Assembly (NCBI GenBank): GCA_963662285.2
Contig: CAXXMV010000002.1
Coordinates: 1,728,001 to 1,792,000 of the forward strand
DNA from: a bacterium
GTDB taxonomy: Bacteria > Hinthialibacterota > Hinthialibacteria > Hinthialibacterales > Hinthialibacteraceae
Direction of reading: 5' to 3'
Length of the DNA: 64,000 nucleotides
The position numbers and the translations under genes were made by a program. Shown in pieces: positions 18,547 to 29,180 of the stretch. Below the pieces are notes generated by a model that had not been told where the DNA came from, did no database searches, and was given only the letters and a program-made list of their open reading frames with translations. How positions within the stretch are numbered: position 1 is the stretch's first letter; the number at the start of each line of letters is the position of its first letter.

Positions 18547-20517
18547 ATGAGATTAATATCGAAATGGTCAGTAATTGGTATAATGCTGCTCAGCGTAGTA
18601 TCTGCTTTTGCGGCTGATGGAGCGCATGATTACCCCATAAATCCGGTTCCCTTTACAGCGGTCAAGATCAAGGATGGCTTCTGGGCGCCCCGTATGGAGA
18701 CCAACCGGACGGTTACTATTCCCTACGATTTCAAGAAATGCGAAGAGACCTCCCGCATCGATAACTTCGCCGTTGCTGGAGGTTTACAGCAAGGCGAGCA
18801 TGTCGGGATATTTTTTAATGATTCGGATGTGTTCAAGGTTATGGAAGGCGCCGCTTTCTCGCTATCGCTGCATCCCGATTCACGGCTGGACGCCTACCTG
18901 GATGACCTCATCTACAAGGTCGCCGCCGCCCAGGAAGATGACGGCTACCTCTATACCGTACGCACTATTAATCCCGAGAAAGTTACTAAAAGTTCAGGCA
19001 AAGAACGCTGGTCGAATGTTAAAGACGGCCATGAGTTATATAACGTAGGTCACATGTACGAAGCAGCCGCAGCTCATTATATGGCCACCGGCAAATGTAC
19101 TTTGCTCGACGTCGCAATCAAGAACGCCGATTTAATCGATAGCGTTTTCGGTCCCGGAAAAAAACACGACGCCCCCGGACACGAAGAGATCGAGATCGGT
19201 CTGGCCAAACTATATCGCGTAACCGGAGATGATAAATATCTTAAACTGGCTAAATTTTTCCTTGATCAACGCGGCAATGAGAAAGACCGTGAAATATACG
19301 GCGCCTATTGCCAGGATCATGAACTGGTGGTTGATCAAAAGGAAGCAGTTGGTCATGCCGTGCGAGCGGGATATCTGTATTCAGGTATGGCTGACGTGGC
19401 GGCTCTAACTGGCGACCCCGGTTATATCAAAGCCATTGATCGTATCTGGGAAAATGTTGTTAACAAAAAAATCTACCTGACCGGCGCCATTGGAGCGCGT
19501 CATCAGGGCGAGGCTTTCGGCGATAATTATGAACTGCCCAATAAAACGGCCTACAATGAAACCTGCGCCTCCATCGCCAACGCCATGTGGAATCATCGTC
19601 TGTTCCTGTTGCATGGCGACGCGCAGTATATTGATGTCTTGGAACGGATTCTATATAACGGTTTTCTATCCGGCGTCTCGTTGGATGGCGACGCCTTCTT
19701 TTATCCCAATCCTCTGGAATGCGATGGAGAGTATAAATTCAATCAGGGCGACTTGCTGCGCAAACCCTGGTTCGGCTGTTCATGCTGCCCCTCCAATGTA
19801 GTGCGTTTCATGCCGTCGATCCCCGGTTATGTTTACGCCTGGAGAGATGATTCGATTTACGTCAATCTATATACCAGCGCCAGCGGCGCTATTGAGATTA
19901 AAGGCAATGTGGTCAACCTAACCCAGAAAACCGATTACCCCTGGGACGGTCTGATAAACATAACCGTCGATCCACAGGTCAGTGGAGAATTAACCATCTG
20001 CCTGCGCATCCCCGGTTGGGCGAGAAATCAGCCCATGCCCGGCGACCTCTATAGATACGCTGATGATATTGATTCTGATATTACGCTAACGGTCAACGGC
20101 AGACTGGTTCCCATAGAATTGGATAAAGGCTATGTAAGCATCAAACGCCAGTGGTCTGAAGGTGATCTGATCAAACTGGATATTCCCATGCCCATCCGGC
20201 GGGTGCTTTGCCGTGATGAGGTCAAAGATAATGTAGGTAAAGTCGCTATTGAACGCGGCCCTATTGTGTATTGCGCTGAAGGGATCGATAACGGCGGCCA
20301 GGTCTTCGATTTAAGCCTGCCGGATAATGCGGAACTTAATGCCCGTTTTTATCCGTATTTATTGGATGGCGTAACCGCCATCAAAGGCCAGGCAATAGCA
20401 ACATATCAGCAGGATGGCCAATCAGTTGAGAAGAAACAACCCATAATGCTAATCCCATATTACGCCTGGGCCCATCGCGGCGCTGGGCAAATGCGCGTCT
20501 GGCTGCCGAGGGGATAA
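18547..20517 (+). CDS. GH127 beta-L-arabinofuranosidase family glycoside hydrolase
   Basis: Signal peptide; DSDV.K, HELYN.GH, GHEE, GHAVR, YNETCA, CSCCPSN, PYYAWAHRG. Confidence 0.92.
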   Translation: MRLISKWSVIGIMLLSVVSAFAADGAHDYPINPVPFTAVKIKDGFWAPRMETNRTVTIPYDFKKCEETSRIDNFAVAGGLQQGEHVGIFFNDSDVFKVMEGAAFSLSLHPDSRLDAYLDDLIYKVAAAQEDDGYLYTVRTINPEKVTKSSGKERWSNVKDGHELYNVGHMYEAAAAHYMATGKCTLLDVAIKNADLIDSVFGPGKKHDAPGHEEIEIGLAKLYRVTGDDKYLKLAKFFLDQRGNEKDREIYGAYCQDHELVVDQKEAVGHAVRAGYLYSGMADVAALTGDPGYIKAIDRIWENVVNKKIYLTGAIGARHQGEAFGDNYELPNKTAYNETCASIANAMWNHRLFLLHGDAQYIDVLERILYNGFLSGVSLDGDAFFYPNPLECDGEYKFNQGDLLRKPWFGCSCCPSNVVRFMPSIPGYVYAWRDDSIYVNLYTSASGAIEIKGNVVNLTQKTDYPWDGLINITVDPQVSGELTICLRIPGWARNQPMPGDLYRYADDIDSDITLTVNGRLVPIELDKGYVSIKRQWSEGDLIKLDIPMPIRRVLCRDEVKDNVGKVAIERGPIVYCAEGIDNGGQVFDLSLPDNAELNARFYPYLLDGVTAIKGQAIATYQQDGQSVEKKQPIMLIPYYAWAHRGAGQMRVWLPRG

Positions 20518-20524
20518 CGCCGCT

Positions 20525-20995
20525 TTATTCCCGGATGCGTTTGCGGATTTTTTCTAACAACATGCAAATGCTCTTCATATCTTTTTCGGAAAGGGTATTC
20601 ATAACTTCGTTGATGCGGGCGTAGTAGGTTTTCTCTGCTTTCTCCAATAGGGCGCTGCCCGCCTTGGTTAACTGGACTTGATTAATGCGGCGGTCTCCGG
20701 CGACGGGAGTGCGTTTGACCCAGCCCGCTTCTTCCATGCGGTCGACCAGCCCGGTGACGTTGGAACGGTTCACTAACAAACGGTTGCCCAGTTCGGTTTG
20801 AGTGATGCCTTCAGCCTCCGCTTGATGCTTCAGAATAATCAGGACGTTGAATTGCGAATCGGTCAGTTTGAGAGGACGGAAAATCCGCTGGCCTTCCTTG
20901 GCGATCATCTCGCCAGTCAGCACGATATTCATTATCGATTCATGCGCTTTATCGCTTATCGGATTGGGCAGACCCAGTTCATATTGTAAACTCAT
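20525..20995 (-). CDS. MarR family transcriptional regulator
   Basis: LTDSQFNVL, QTELG..SNVTGLVDRME..GWVKR..DRR..LT; start MSLQY after gggagg (the longer ORF runs through repeats). Confidence 0.9.
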   Translation of the reverse strand: MSLQYELGLPNPISDKAHESIMNIVLTGEMIAKEGQRIFRPLKLTDSQFNVLIILKHQAEAEGITQTELGNRLLVNRSNVTGLVDRMEEAGWVKRTPVAGDRRINQVQLTKAGSALLEKAEKTYYARINEVMNTLSEKDMKSICMLLEKIRKRIRE

Positions 20996-21075
20996 ATATA
21001 ATTCCTCCCATGAAATACCAAACATTGGATGATGCTCAACACTGTAGAAGCAATGCCTTGCGGTGGTTCGATACC

Positions 21076-21146
21076 GGGCGCCCATGAAAGGCGCCCCTAC
21101 AATTTGAATTCCCAGGCGCTGTAGGGGCAATCCCTTGTGGTTGCCC
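21076..21146. repeat. Two Family B GTAG-type REP palindromes in opposite orientation
   Basis: gggcgcccatgaaaggcgcccctac (21076-21100) and gtaggggcaatcccttgtggttgccc (21121-21146). Confidence 0.8.
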
Positions 21147-21172
21147 GGTTGTACTGCCGCCTATGGGCGACC

Positions 21173-21200
21173 GTAGCATGTAGCATGTAGCATGTAGCAT
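21173..21200 (+). repeat. Heptamer tandem repeat (GTAGCAT)x4
   Basis: Four perfect copies, followed by hairpin atgggaga...tctcccat. Confidence 0.9.
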
Positions 21201-21311
21201 GGGAGAAAGCGACCGCGTCTCCCATCTAAACCACCTATCGTTCCAACCTAAACCCATTTTAACTTCATGTTAGGATTATTCATACCTGAACCATCTATCA
21301 GGAAGGTTTTT

Positions 21312-21776
21312 TTATTTCTCCGGTTTTGTGGTTGAAGAGGAATTATGGATTCTGAGCGTTTTGCTTTTTTGCGCCCGTTCTTCGGGAACAGAGGCTTGGC
21401 TGCATTCAATATCTTCCAGAGTGGATTGCAATACCGACAAATTCGTTGGACGCTCAATAATTACGATTTTGGGGCAATTATTTAACTGTTCGAGGTCTAT
21501 GGATTTGGAATCATTTAATATAACGGTTATATACGCCTTAGAAGCGATGCCGCGTATCAACCATACTCTGAAACTGGGGTAGGGCAGGGATTCCGATTGC
21601 CCCAGCACGAACAAATCAAACTCAAAATCACAGGTTTGCTTCCATAATTCGATCTCTGAATCGGCCTGATAGATGATGCAATTGGTTTGAGCAGCGATTT
21701 CATATAGATGCTTCTGCTCTTCCAGAGTTAAGCCAAGGGTTAAAATGCGTAAGTAGTTCTGTCGTTTGATTATCAT
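21312..21776 (-). CDS. Hypothetical protein, possibly a degenerate receiver domain
   Basis: Alternating beta/alpha pattern, FDLFVL, IIERP; RBS gaggtg. Confidence 0.55.
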   Translation of the reverse strand: MIIKRQNYLRILTLGLTLEEQKHLYEIAAQTNCIIYQADSEIELWKQTCDFEFDLFVLGQSESLPYPSFRVWLIRGIASKAYITVILNDSKSIDLEQLNNCPKIVIIERPTNLSVLQSTLEDIECSQASVPEERAQKSKTLRIHNSSSTTKPEK

Positions 21777-21967
21777 GATGTCACCTCACAAATAATGCCA
21801 TACTCGCAGCCATTCGCTATAAAAAAACGCATATATTCCATCTGCAAATTATGTTGTCAGCTAATAGAGTATTACGGGAGGAGGATTTTGTCAGATAATA
21901 TCGGATTAGATAAGGTATTTTTGCCTTTAAATCAGCGTTTTAAGGAAAGAATTGGATTTATTTATAG

Positions 21968-22007
21968 ACTCCATTACTTGAACCAAGATTGATTCAAGTA
22001 ATGGAGT
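21968..22007. terminator. 15-bp perfect stem downstream of the Gfo gene
   Basis: actccattacttgaa ... ttcaagtaatggagt. Confidence 0.55.
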
Positions 22008-22032
22008 TTGAAGGATTTATGAGTAAATAACA

Positions 22033-23256
22033 CTAAGAGATAGTGCGTTTTTCGGCGTCGTAGCGCAGCCGTTTTCCGGTTAGGTTTGATTCGGCGATCA
22101 TGATTCCCGCTACGGAATGAGATAAGCCGTATTCGATGCTGCATCGCGGGTCTTGGCGTGAGCGGATGCATTCCAGCCAGTTCATCATGTGGCTATTGGA
22201 TTTGGCTGGTTCGAGTATTTTTTCCTCTTTTATCAGTTGTTTACCGGCGCCGCCGTCGCCTGATAGAATGCGCTTTTGTACATCCAGTTTACCGTTTGAG
22301 CCATAAACGATGAAATGGGTATCGGCGGAATTGCACAGGCTCATGGATATATTGAGCTGGAAGCCGGAGGGATAATCCAGAATGGCGCTGAGCGTATCGG
22401 ATGTCTGACGGTCGTCGTCAGGGTCGTCTTTATTCCAGCGCAACACGGCGCTGCTGGATACCACCTCAAAGGGATAAAGGTCCTGCATATAACAGGCAAC
22501 CGCGTTCAGATAATGCGACAACCACAAACCGGGCAGGCCGTTGGTGTAATCGCGGTATAGATACCAGCGTTTGAAGCGTTTGGCGCTGAAAGGTTTGTTG
22601 GATTTTCCGAATTGGAATAGATCCCAATTGACGTCATCCTTTTTGACGTTGGAATAAGCCTTGCGCCAGCGGGGTTGGTTGAAATTTTGTGATATGGCGA
22701 TGCGGGTGATTTTACCCAGTACGCCAGACTGAACCGCATTGGCGCCGGTGATGTAGTTACCGTCGCTGCGCCATTGGGTTCCAACCTGGACGATGCGTTT
22801 TTTAGCGCGAACCGCATCGACCGCCGCCAGACCATCGGCCAGATTAACCGCGAAGGGCTTCTCGCAATAACCGTCTTTACCAGCTAACGCGGCCTCTGTA
22901 AGAATAGGCGCATGGCTTATGTCAGGCGTGGCGATTACTACGGCGTCTATATCGGGATTATTTATTATCTTCTTGTAATCTTCAACAGATTGGGGCGCTT
23001 GCTTTTGGCCTTTTTCTTTGGCTAGAGCAACGGCTTGATCCCGCGCAACGCTCCAAACATCGCAAACATGGCTGACGCAGGCGCCCGTAGAGGCGCATTC
23101 AATGATGTCGGGAATATGCTGCCCGCCGCGCACTCCGCAACCGATCACTGCAATATTCATTTTGTCGTTGGCGCCCATTACGGAAGAGGCCTGAATAGCG
23201 CTAAGCCCCACTGCTCCCATGGCAATCGTGGTTCGATGGAAATCTCTACGTTTCAT
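22033..23256 (-). CDS. Tat-exported Gfo/Idh/MocA oxidoreductase
   Basis: MKRRDF twin-arginine; IGCGVRG, ATPD..H, CEKP, QVGTQWRS. Confidence 0.9.
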   Translation of the reverse strand: MKRRDFHRTTIAMGAVGLSAIQASSVMGANDKMNIAVIGCGVRGGQHIPDIIECASTGACVSHVCDVWSVARDQAVALAKEKGQKQAPQSVEDYKKIINNPDIDAVVIATPDISHAPILTEAALAGKDGYCEKPFAVNLADGLAAVDAVRAKKRIVQVGTQWRSDGNYITGANAVQSGVLGKITRIAISQNFNQPRWRKAYSNVKKDDVNWDLFQFGKSNKPFSAKRFKRWYLYRDYTNGLPGLWLSHYLNAVACYMQDLYPFEVVSSSAVLRWNKDDPDDDRQTSDTLSAILDYPSGFQLNISMSLCNSADTHFIVYGSNGKLDVQKRILSGDGGAGKQLIKEEKILEPAKSNSHMMNWLECIRSRQDPRCSIEYGLSHSVAGIMIAESNLTGKRLRYDAEKRTIS

Positions 23257-23320
23257 AAGATTTATCCTTCCCATTCATTTTTGACAATCCCATTCAGAAT
23301 TAATGCCAGTTCATCATACT

Positions 23321-25378
23321 TTAGTATAATGAAAAATCATCAACCCCGACAGGTAAAACGCTATTTAGGTACTCATGCCTGTCAGAAATGAATTTGCGGA
23401 TGTTATCATATCCTTCCTGGATTAAGCCGCGCCGCTTATCTTCATTTTCACCGGTGTACTCTTCCATCAATTTTATGTCATCCAGCAATAGCGCCTCTTT
23501 CTCATCAACACGGGTTAAAAGCCGCTCTTCGGCAAGCTGATTCTTTAACGCTTGCGCCAATCTTTCTATGTAGGTTTGGTGGAAAGGTTCATGCTTGTGG
23601 ATGAGAGCGGTTATCATTCCTCTAAGAGGACGAGATACATTCCCTTCCTCTCCATTCCCTGTCAAAGGATAATTGATCGATAACTTTGATAAATTATCAT
23701 CATAAACGAAAAAATTACATCCCAATGTATTATCCAGATCCCACGGAATGATCTCCCATCTATTGCTAGGATCGGGATTGTGGTAGAGTACATGGTTTTT
23801 ATGATATCCATCCCAATGAGAAATGAATACAGAGACTACATCATAACAAAGGAATGATTCCTGATCGATACAGGTTTCAATGGTCTCTTGCCGTTCCTCA
23901 TCATTATTCAATAACTGCAATAATTCCTGCAAATCATCATCAGGTTCGTATACATTACTTTTCTTGATATATATTGGATCAATCGCTTTGTAAATATTTC
24001 CGTTCTTATTCCTTCCATGTGATTCAAAAAAATGTTCGTTGGGTCGTTCAATTGCAATAACCTGAAAATGTTTCCCTTCTTGCATAAGCCGATACCATAC
24101 GCATTTGGGTGAAAGGGCAGGAAAATCTTGAAACAAACTGAAAGAAAAATCTTCAAGCAGATTATATAATGTGGTAAAAGTATATTCTTTGGGAACAGGA
24201 TCATTTACAATTTTCAGATTGCGAATTCCAAGATAATCATTATTTTTTAAGAACTTTATTTTATTACCATCAAGAGCTGGCTCGATGCGCGCTCCATCAA
24301 ACAGAAGAACATGGTCTAAAGTCGTTGGTTTAATAACAGCTCCACTAATCAACAAGTCACAATGTCCTTCATCTTGTTCCCGTGGAAACATCCAAAGAAG
24401 CGGTAGTTTGCTGTGGATTTCATCATCATAGACAAAGTAAGAAAAATAGGGGAATGGGTCGCCTGGATGAGGTAATTGGACCTTTCGCTCATCTACCCGC
24501 CGCACTTCAAACCAACATCTAACCAAAGTCTGTGATGGATAGGGAATTATCTCTGACTCAAAAGTAATTGAATCAAGATTATTCTCTTTGATAGACATGG
24601 CGAATGCAGTTGTAACTGTCGCTATGTCCGCGTTCTGTGATTTTGCAATTAAATGAATTGTTACCGATTGGATGATTTCAGGGCTGTCGAATGAGGCCTC
24701 GATTTGTACTGAATCAGTTGATTTTGGATATTCTGGATTGCAATTCATGGATAAGATCAAAGGTTGTTCGGATACATTGAAAACCGTATTTTTCTTTAAT
24801 GGGCTTCCATCAAAAGTCAAAGACGTCCGCCATGAATGGACGTCATTGGAAGGGAGTTCTGAGGAGATTTTTTCCAATGAAAATCCATAACCATCCGCCC
24901 CTCTTGGCCAAGGCAATTCGTCGGTGTATTTTACTTGATCTATAATTTGACCACTCGAATTGCATAATGTAACAGTTTCTCCATCATTTGATAGTTTCCC
25001 TTCATAAGGGCCAAATGTTTTCTCTTGAATTTTCCAATCGTTAAGCATATCTTTTACAACAATAACGAAATCATTGGATTTAATCAGAGAACCTTCGGGA
25101 AAAGTATAAGAAATTCCTTGAGTAAATTGATAATTACTCAAATCAATATCTGCATCTGTTGGATTGTATAATTCGATGAATTCTGGATCACGATTATTTT
25201 TATGGTTGAATATATCTTGATTTGGCAATATAAGGGGGCCGCTTACTCTGGGTATAAAATAATACGGAATTCCCTCAGACGGGTGATAGTGAATTTCATT
25301 AATCACCACATCGCCATAACAGCAGTTAACAGTCAAGTAAAAGAAGCATAATGATATCCCTAAAATAATCCGTTTCAT
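23321..25378 (-). CDS. Secreted lamin-tail-domain + CotH kinase family protein with C-terminal tail motif
   Basis: Signal peptide MKRII..; VVINEIHYHP, EFIELYN, LSNDGE (LTD); WDGYHKN, PWDLDNTLG (CotH); ends VGVDDFSLY. Confidence 0.88.
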   Translation of the reverse strand: MKRIILGISLCFFYLTVNCCYGDVVINEIHYHPSEGIPYYFIPRVSGPLILPNQDIFNHKNNRDPEFIELYNPTDADIDLSNYQFTQGISYTFPEGSLIKSNDFVIVVKDMLNDWKIQEKTFGPYEGKLSNDGETVTLCNSSGQIIDQVKYTDELPWPRGADGYGFSLEKISSELPSNDVHSWRTSLTFDGSPLKKNTVFNVSEQPLILSMNCNPEYPKSTDSVQIEASFDSPEIIQSVTIHLIAKSQNADIATVTTAFAMSIKENNLDSITFESEIIPYPSQTLVRCWFEVRRVDERKVQLPHPGDPFPYFSYFVYDDEIHSKLPLLWMFPREQDEGHCDLLISGAVIKPTTLDHVLLFDGARIEPALDGNKIKFLKNNDYLGIRNLKIVNDPVPKEYTFTTLYNLLEDFSFSLFQDFPALSPKCVWYRLMQEGKHFQVIAIERPNEHFFESHGRNKNGNIYKAIDPIYIKKSNVYEPDDDLQELLQLLNNDEERQETIETCIDQESFLCYDVVSVFISHWDGYHKNHVLYHNPDPSNRWEIIPWDLDNTLGCNFFVYDDNLSKLSINYPLTGNGEEGNVSRPLRGMITALIHKHEPFHQTYIERLAQALKNQLAEERLLTRVDEKEALLLDDIKLMEEYTGENEDKRRGLIQEGYDNIRKFISDRHEYLNSVLPVGVDDFSLY

Positions 25379-25571
25379 ATTTCTCTCCCCCGTGAACAAA
25401 TATTTTAGCGTTCTGTCGATAAAGTATCGCAATATGATTAATTTGTCAGATTGACCAATTGAAATCATTTTGCTATCGTTTGCGCTTTCTGCATGTTGTA
25501 TCTGTTCTCACTGGATTGATGCTGAGTGGTGAGGTGATATAGTTCAGAATAAGATATTATGAAAACAGGAA

Positions 25572-26486
25572 ATGAACATTAATATGACTCAGCCGATTTT
25601 CTCTGATCCCACAGAGGATGCGTTCGTCCTGCAGAAGGGCGCTATGCGTAATGTGCTATTTGAGACTCCTCATTTAGGGCGCATTGTACCCAACGAATTT
25701 AGCGGACATTCACAACTGGTAGATTCAGCCAGGCAGCGCTGGGATAATGGCATCGATAAGGCTGGTGAATACCTGCTCAAGAAAACCGGCGGCGAGTGGC
25801 TGGCTTCAACGGCGTCGCGTATGGTGGTCGATCTCAATCGCGGCGTGGATAGAGTCGATCAGCGGGTCTGCCCGCGTTGGCCGGGGGCGCGCATCCATCA
25901 GGACGGCGGCGTCATAGTTCCTTTTACGCGGAGTAAAAATGGTATGGTTCAGTTGTATTCCGAACCGTTGCATCCCGAAGAGGTGGAGTTTCGACTGAAG
26001 CATTATTGGTATCCATATCACGATGAATTAAACCGACGCTTGAAGATCATGCAGCGTCGCTATGGCAGCGCTATATTGATATGCCTGCACAGCGCTGAAC
26101 CCGAACCGCAGCATCAATGTGGTAAACATCCGGTGGTATACCTTGGAACAGGCAATGGCCAGACCTGCGATGTTGAGATTCTCGGCGCTCTGCGCAATGC
26201 TCTTGAGAAGAGTGATGTGGTGGTTATTTCTGACGGTTATTATCAGGGCGCATTCACCACTCAAGCCTATGGCGTCGAAGAGAATGTTCAGGCTATCCAG
26301 ATTGAATTGGACCGGCGCTATCTTGATACTGAAAAAAACCTATTATCTCAGCTTGAACCTGTCTCGTCAGCACTGACTTCCGTCTCTATTTGTGGAACCT
26401 CTCCAACCTCTTCCAGTGGGAGGCGCCGCGCTTATGGCGCCCGCACCTACGTTGATCCTCTAACTGGCGATGTTTCATTGTATTAG
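25572..26486 (+). CDS. N-formylglutamate amidohydrolase family protein
   Basis: PH.G, SR.VVDLNR, Y..PYH, LHS, LGT, Y.GAFTT..YG, QIELDRRY. Confidence 0.82.
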   Translation: MNINMTQPIFSDPTEDAFVLQKGAMRNVLFETPHLGRIVPNEFSGHSQLVDSARQRWDNGIDKAGEYLLKKTGGEWLASTASRMVVDLNRGVDRVDQRVCPRWPGARIHQDGGVIVPFTRSKNGMVQLYSEPLHPEEVEFRLKHYWYPYHDELNRRLKIMQRRYGSAILICLHSAEPEPQHQCGKHPVVYLGTGNGQTCDVEILGALRNALEKSDVVVISDGYYQGAFTTQAYGVEENVQAIQIELDRRYLDTEKNLLSQLEPVSSALTSVSICGTSPTSSSGRRRAYGARTYVDPLTGDVSLY

Positions 26487-26741
26487 GTAATTGCGCCTGT
26501 TATCATATCTGCCTTATTTTTATATACTTAAAAAATCAATGTAACGTTACGTTGCTTTGGATGTGCTTTTATCTATACAAAATAATATATGAAATATTTT
26601 AATTGCATGTAACGTAATATTGCATCAAGTAGGTATATTACTAAAATAATATTTAATTTGACTTCCATAAATATCCATTTGGCATTATTCTTAGTTGTAA
26701 TGAATTAGTATATTTTTGTTATTTTTATTTTATTTTTTTGG

Positions 26742-27728
26742 ATGCAAGATGCAGGGTTAATATTTATCATGAACAGCCAAGTTTATGACAGCGCCAAAGA
26801 GAAAATACGTAAAGCCTTGGTTTACGAATATCTCAAAAAAAATCCTGGCGTTCGTGAGAAGGATGTCGTTCTGGCCTGTCGAAAAGGTGAACTTATTTTT
26901 ACCGAAATATCCACCATTCTCGCCGATGTAGAATTAAGAGATCAATCCAACCAAATATTCAAACAAGCCAATTCCATGTTCTCTGAATTAGCTATACACC
27001 ATGATCAAAGATGGAGGGATTGCCTGGAATCGAGCCAACATTCAATCCAAATGGTGGTTTGTCTTCATTCGTCAATGTTCTCCTATTTCGATGATGATGA
27101 TAAAAAAGAGCAGGAAAAATTTTTCAATAGAAAAGAAGGGCTTTGCGCACAAATAACTGTCCAGATTCATCAACTTTCTCAAGATATCAAAAGGATGAAT
27201 ATCCAAAAAGTATCACAAGATTCGGTGGCTAAAAGAGAAATTCTTCTACAATATCTGAAACGGGTTGTTGATCAACTGGAAATACTGCATGAAATGTTGA
27301 GTCGAGAAGTGGAATTAGGCGATATCTTTTCCACCCAGACGGAAAAGTACCTTGATATCCAATTCAAAAATATAAAAAAAACTTATACTTTTAATATTAA
27401 TCAGATTACGGATATCTACAAAGCGCTTAAAAACGATAAACGGGCTACCATTGATGCATCGTTGCAATTTAATGAAAGTATTCTTAATTCCACTAAAAAT
27501 ACGCTATTATCCGCGGTTGACAGTATGAAGAAGGATCTAACTATACGTCGAAGTCAAATCCAGGAAATTTGGATGGCGATATCCTCTTTGAGTGATACCG
27601 TCAAGCAAATTGAGAGTATTCAAGAACTGGATAAAGAAGGAAAACTTGATGCTTCGATCTCTTTATCTCCCAATGGAAATCGTATGGTTCGTTTTATGGA
27701 CCGGGTTAAACAGATAATCAAATCTTGA
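26742..27728 (+). CDS. Hypothetical helical/coiled-coil protein
   Basis: 328-aa ORF with no recognisable motif; start may be 26769. Confidence 0.7.
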   Translation: MQDAGLIFIMNSQVYDSAKEKIRKALVYEYLKKNPGVREKDVVLACRKGELIFTEISTILADVELRDQSNQIFKQANSMFSELAIHHDQRWRDCLESSQHSIQMVVCLHSSMFSYFDDDDKKEQEKFFNRKEGLCAQITVQIHQLSQDIKRMNIQKVSQDSVAKREILLQYLKRVVDQLEILHEMLSREVELGDIFSTQTEKYLDIQFKNIKKTYTFNINQITDIYKALKNDKRATIDASLQFNESILNSTKNTLLSAVDSMKKDLTIRRSQIQEIWMAISSLSDTVKQIESIQELDKEGKLDASISLSPNGNRMVRFMDRVKQIIKS

Positions 27729-27733
27729 TCACT

Positions 27734-28999
27734 CTATTCAACAAAGTCACGGCCATCTTTTTTTGATGTTTCCCATTTTTTTGATGTACTGAAAACTTTG
27801 ACTCCATAGGGCGCTATGCGAGTGGTTAATGCGCCATCAAGAATTTCATTTTCCTGGCTGCCGTATAATTCAAATAACGTTTTACCTTCTAATTGATCCA
27901 AGCCGTTCAGTTCTACTCCCATGTGCCATACGTCATCTTCATTGACCAGGATAATCAACCAATCATCGGCAATACGGCGGACTGAAGATGATACGCCACG
28001 TATGTCTTTTTCTTCATCCGGTATTTCAGCCAGATTGATGTTCGGATTTCCCTGTTCGGGAGCGGTGAGAAAAGGTTGCAGGGATGCTAATTCGCTGGTT
28101 AGGGCGTAAACTGATTGACGGAATTGATCGCTTTTTAAGTAAGCGGAACCCCAATATAAGATGCCATTGGCGCCATGAGTGATTACGTTATAAGCCATGA
28201 ATCTTGATTCATCAAATGTTGGATAGGCAGTCTCTGTTGCTCCATAATAGTCGCCTAATTCGTTCCAGGAGAAAGCCTGTAGAACCATCCAGACCGGCTT
28301 GCCTTTGCCAACAATTTGCCAACGATCCACGGCCTGACCCATTTTATAGACGCGCCGTTTATCTTTTTTGACGGGATATATATCACAACCAGTGATATCT
28401 ACAAATTTGAGGTACTGCCGGACGTAATGCAAGTCGCTTTCCAGCGCCTCATTGATCCAGACAGGTCTATTGTTATTATCAAGTTTTCTGATGAGTTCAA
28501 CAGCGTCGCGCATGTTGGGTATGATGGTCTTGGCTTTTTCACGGGAGTATTCGACTGCGGTTGGCGTTTGCTTCCACCATGCTCCGGGTTCTTTGTGGAT
28601 TTTTTGAGTGCGATAGAGCATACTGGCCGCTGTGAAATTCCAGGCAATTTCATCGGGGCCTTCCCAGACGGCTAGAGCGGGATGGTCTTTTAATTCGAGG
28701 ATGGTCTGCTTCAATTGATCGGTGGCGCCATTTTGAAGAGGCAACGATATGACGCCTTTGATGCCTACGGCATGAATCCTATCAAGGTCTTTTTTCGCAC
28801 TACACCTGATCAGGTTGATTCCAGATTCAGCCATTCTTTGCAGGTCAGCGTCTTCTTCGGGTAGTTCATAGAATCCAAGCGGGAACAGCGTTTTGGCATT
28901 ATTTTGAATCAGACCATTTTGGTCTGCGGTAGATAGAATCGTAGTGAAGAAAAGCATAATTAGTATGATAGATATACTGGAAAACAACTTTTTCATCAT
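27734..28999 (-). CDS. Secreted hypothetical protein with glycoside-hydrolase-like TIM barrel
   Basis: Signal peptide; FPLGFY, HPAL.VWEGPDE, DITGCDIYP, KPVWMVLQAF, HGANGILYW. Confidence 0.72.
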   Translation of the reverse strand: MMKKLFSSISIILIMLFFTTILSTADQNGLIQNNAKTLFPLGFYELPEEDADLQRMAESGINLIRCSAKKDLDRIHAVGIKGVISLPLQNGATDQLKQTILELKDHPALAVWEGPDEIAWNFTAASMLYRTQKIHKEPGAWWKQTPTAVEYSREKAKTIIPNMRDAVELIRKLDNNNRPVWINEALESDLHYVRQYLKFVDITGCDIYPVKKDKRRVYKMGQAVDRWQIVGKGKPVWMVLQAFSWNELGDYYGATETAYPTFDESRFMAYNVITHGANGILYWGSAYLKSDQFRQSVYALTSELASLQPFLTAPEQGNPNINLAEIPDEEKDIRGVSSSVRRIADDWLIILVNEDDVWHMGVELNGLDQLEGKTLFELYGSQENEILDGALTTRIAPYGVKVFSTSKKWETSKKDGRDFVE

Positions 29000-29180
29000 C
29001 GGATCTACTCCTGGAATGGTTGGATATTATGGTGTGCGTCTTATTTTATAATATTATTTATTATTTGAGATATCTAGAGCGATTCTCAAAATAACGTGCG
29101 TTAATGCGGTTTCAATACGCATATATTTTTGTTAACCGCTATAGTAGAGCGTTTCACTTGGTATGTCCGGTGGTGGTTTA

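Noticed and set aside
20996-21130. N-terminal extension of MarR in the ORF track
   Set aside because: It runs through REP palindromes; a good RBS precedes the ATG at 20995.
26454-26486. FGase C-terminus TGDVSLY as a fifth sorting tag
   Set aside because: It lacks the aromatic residue at -4 and the hydrophobic residue at -7, and the protein has no signal peptide.
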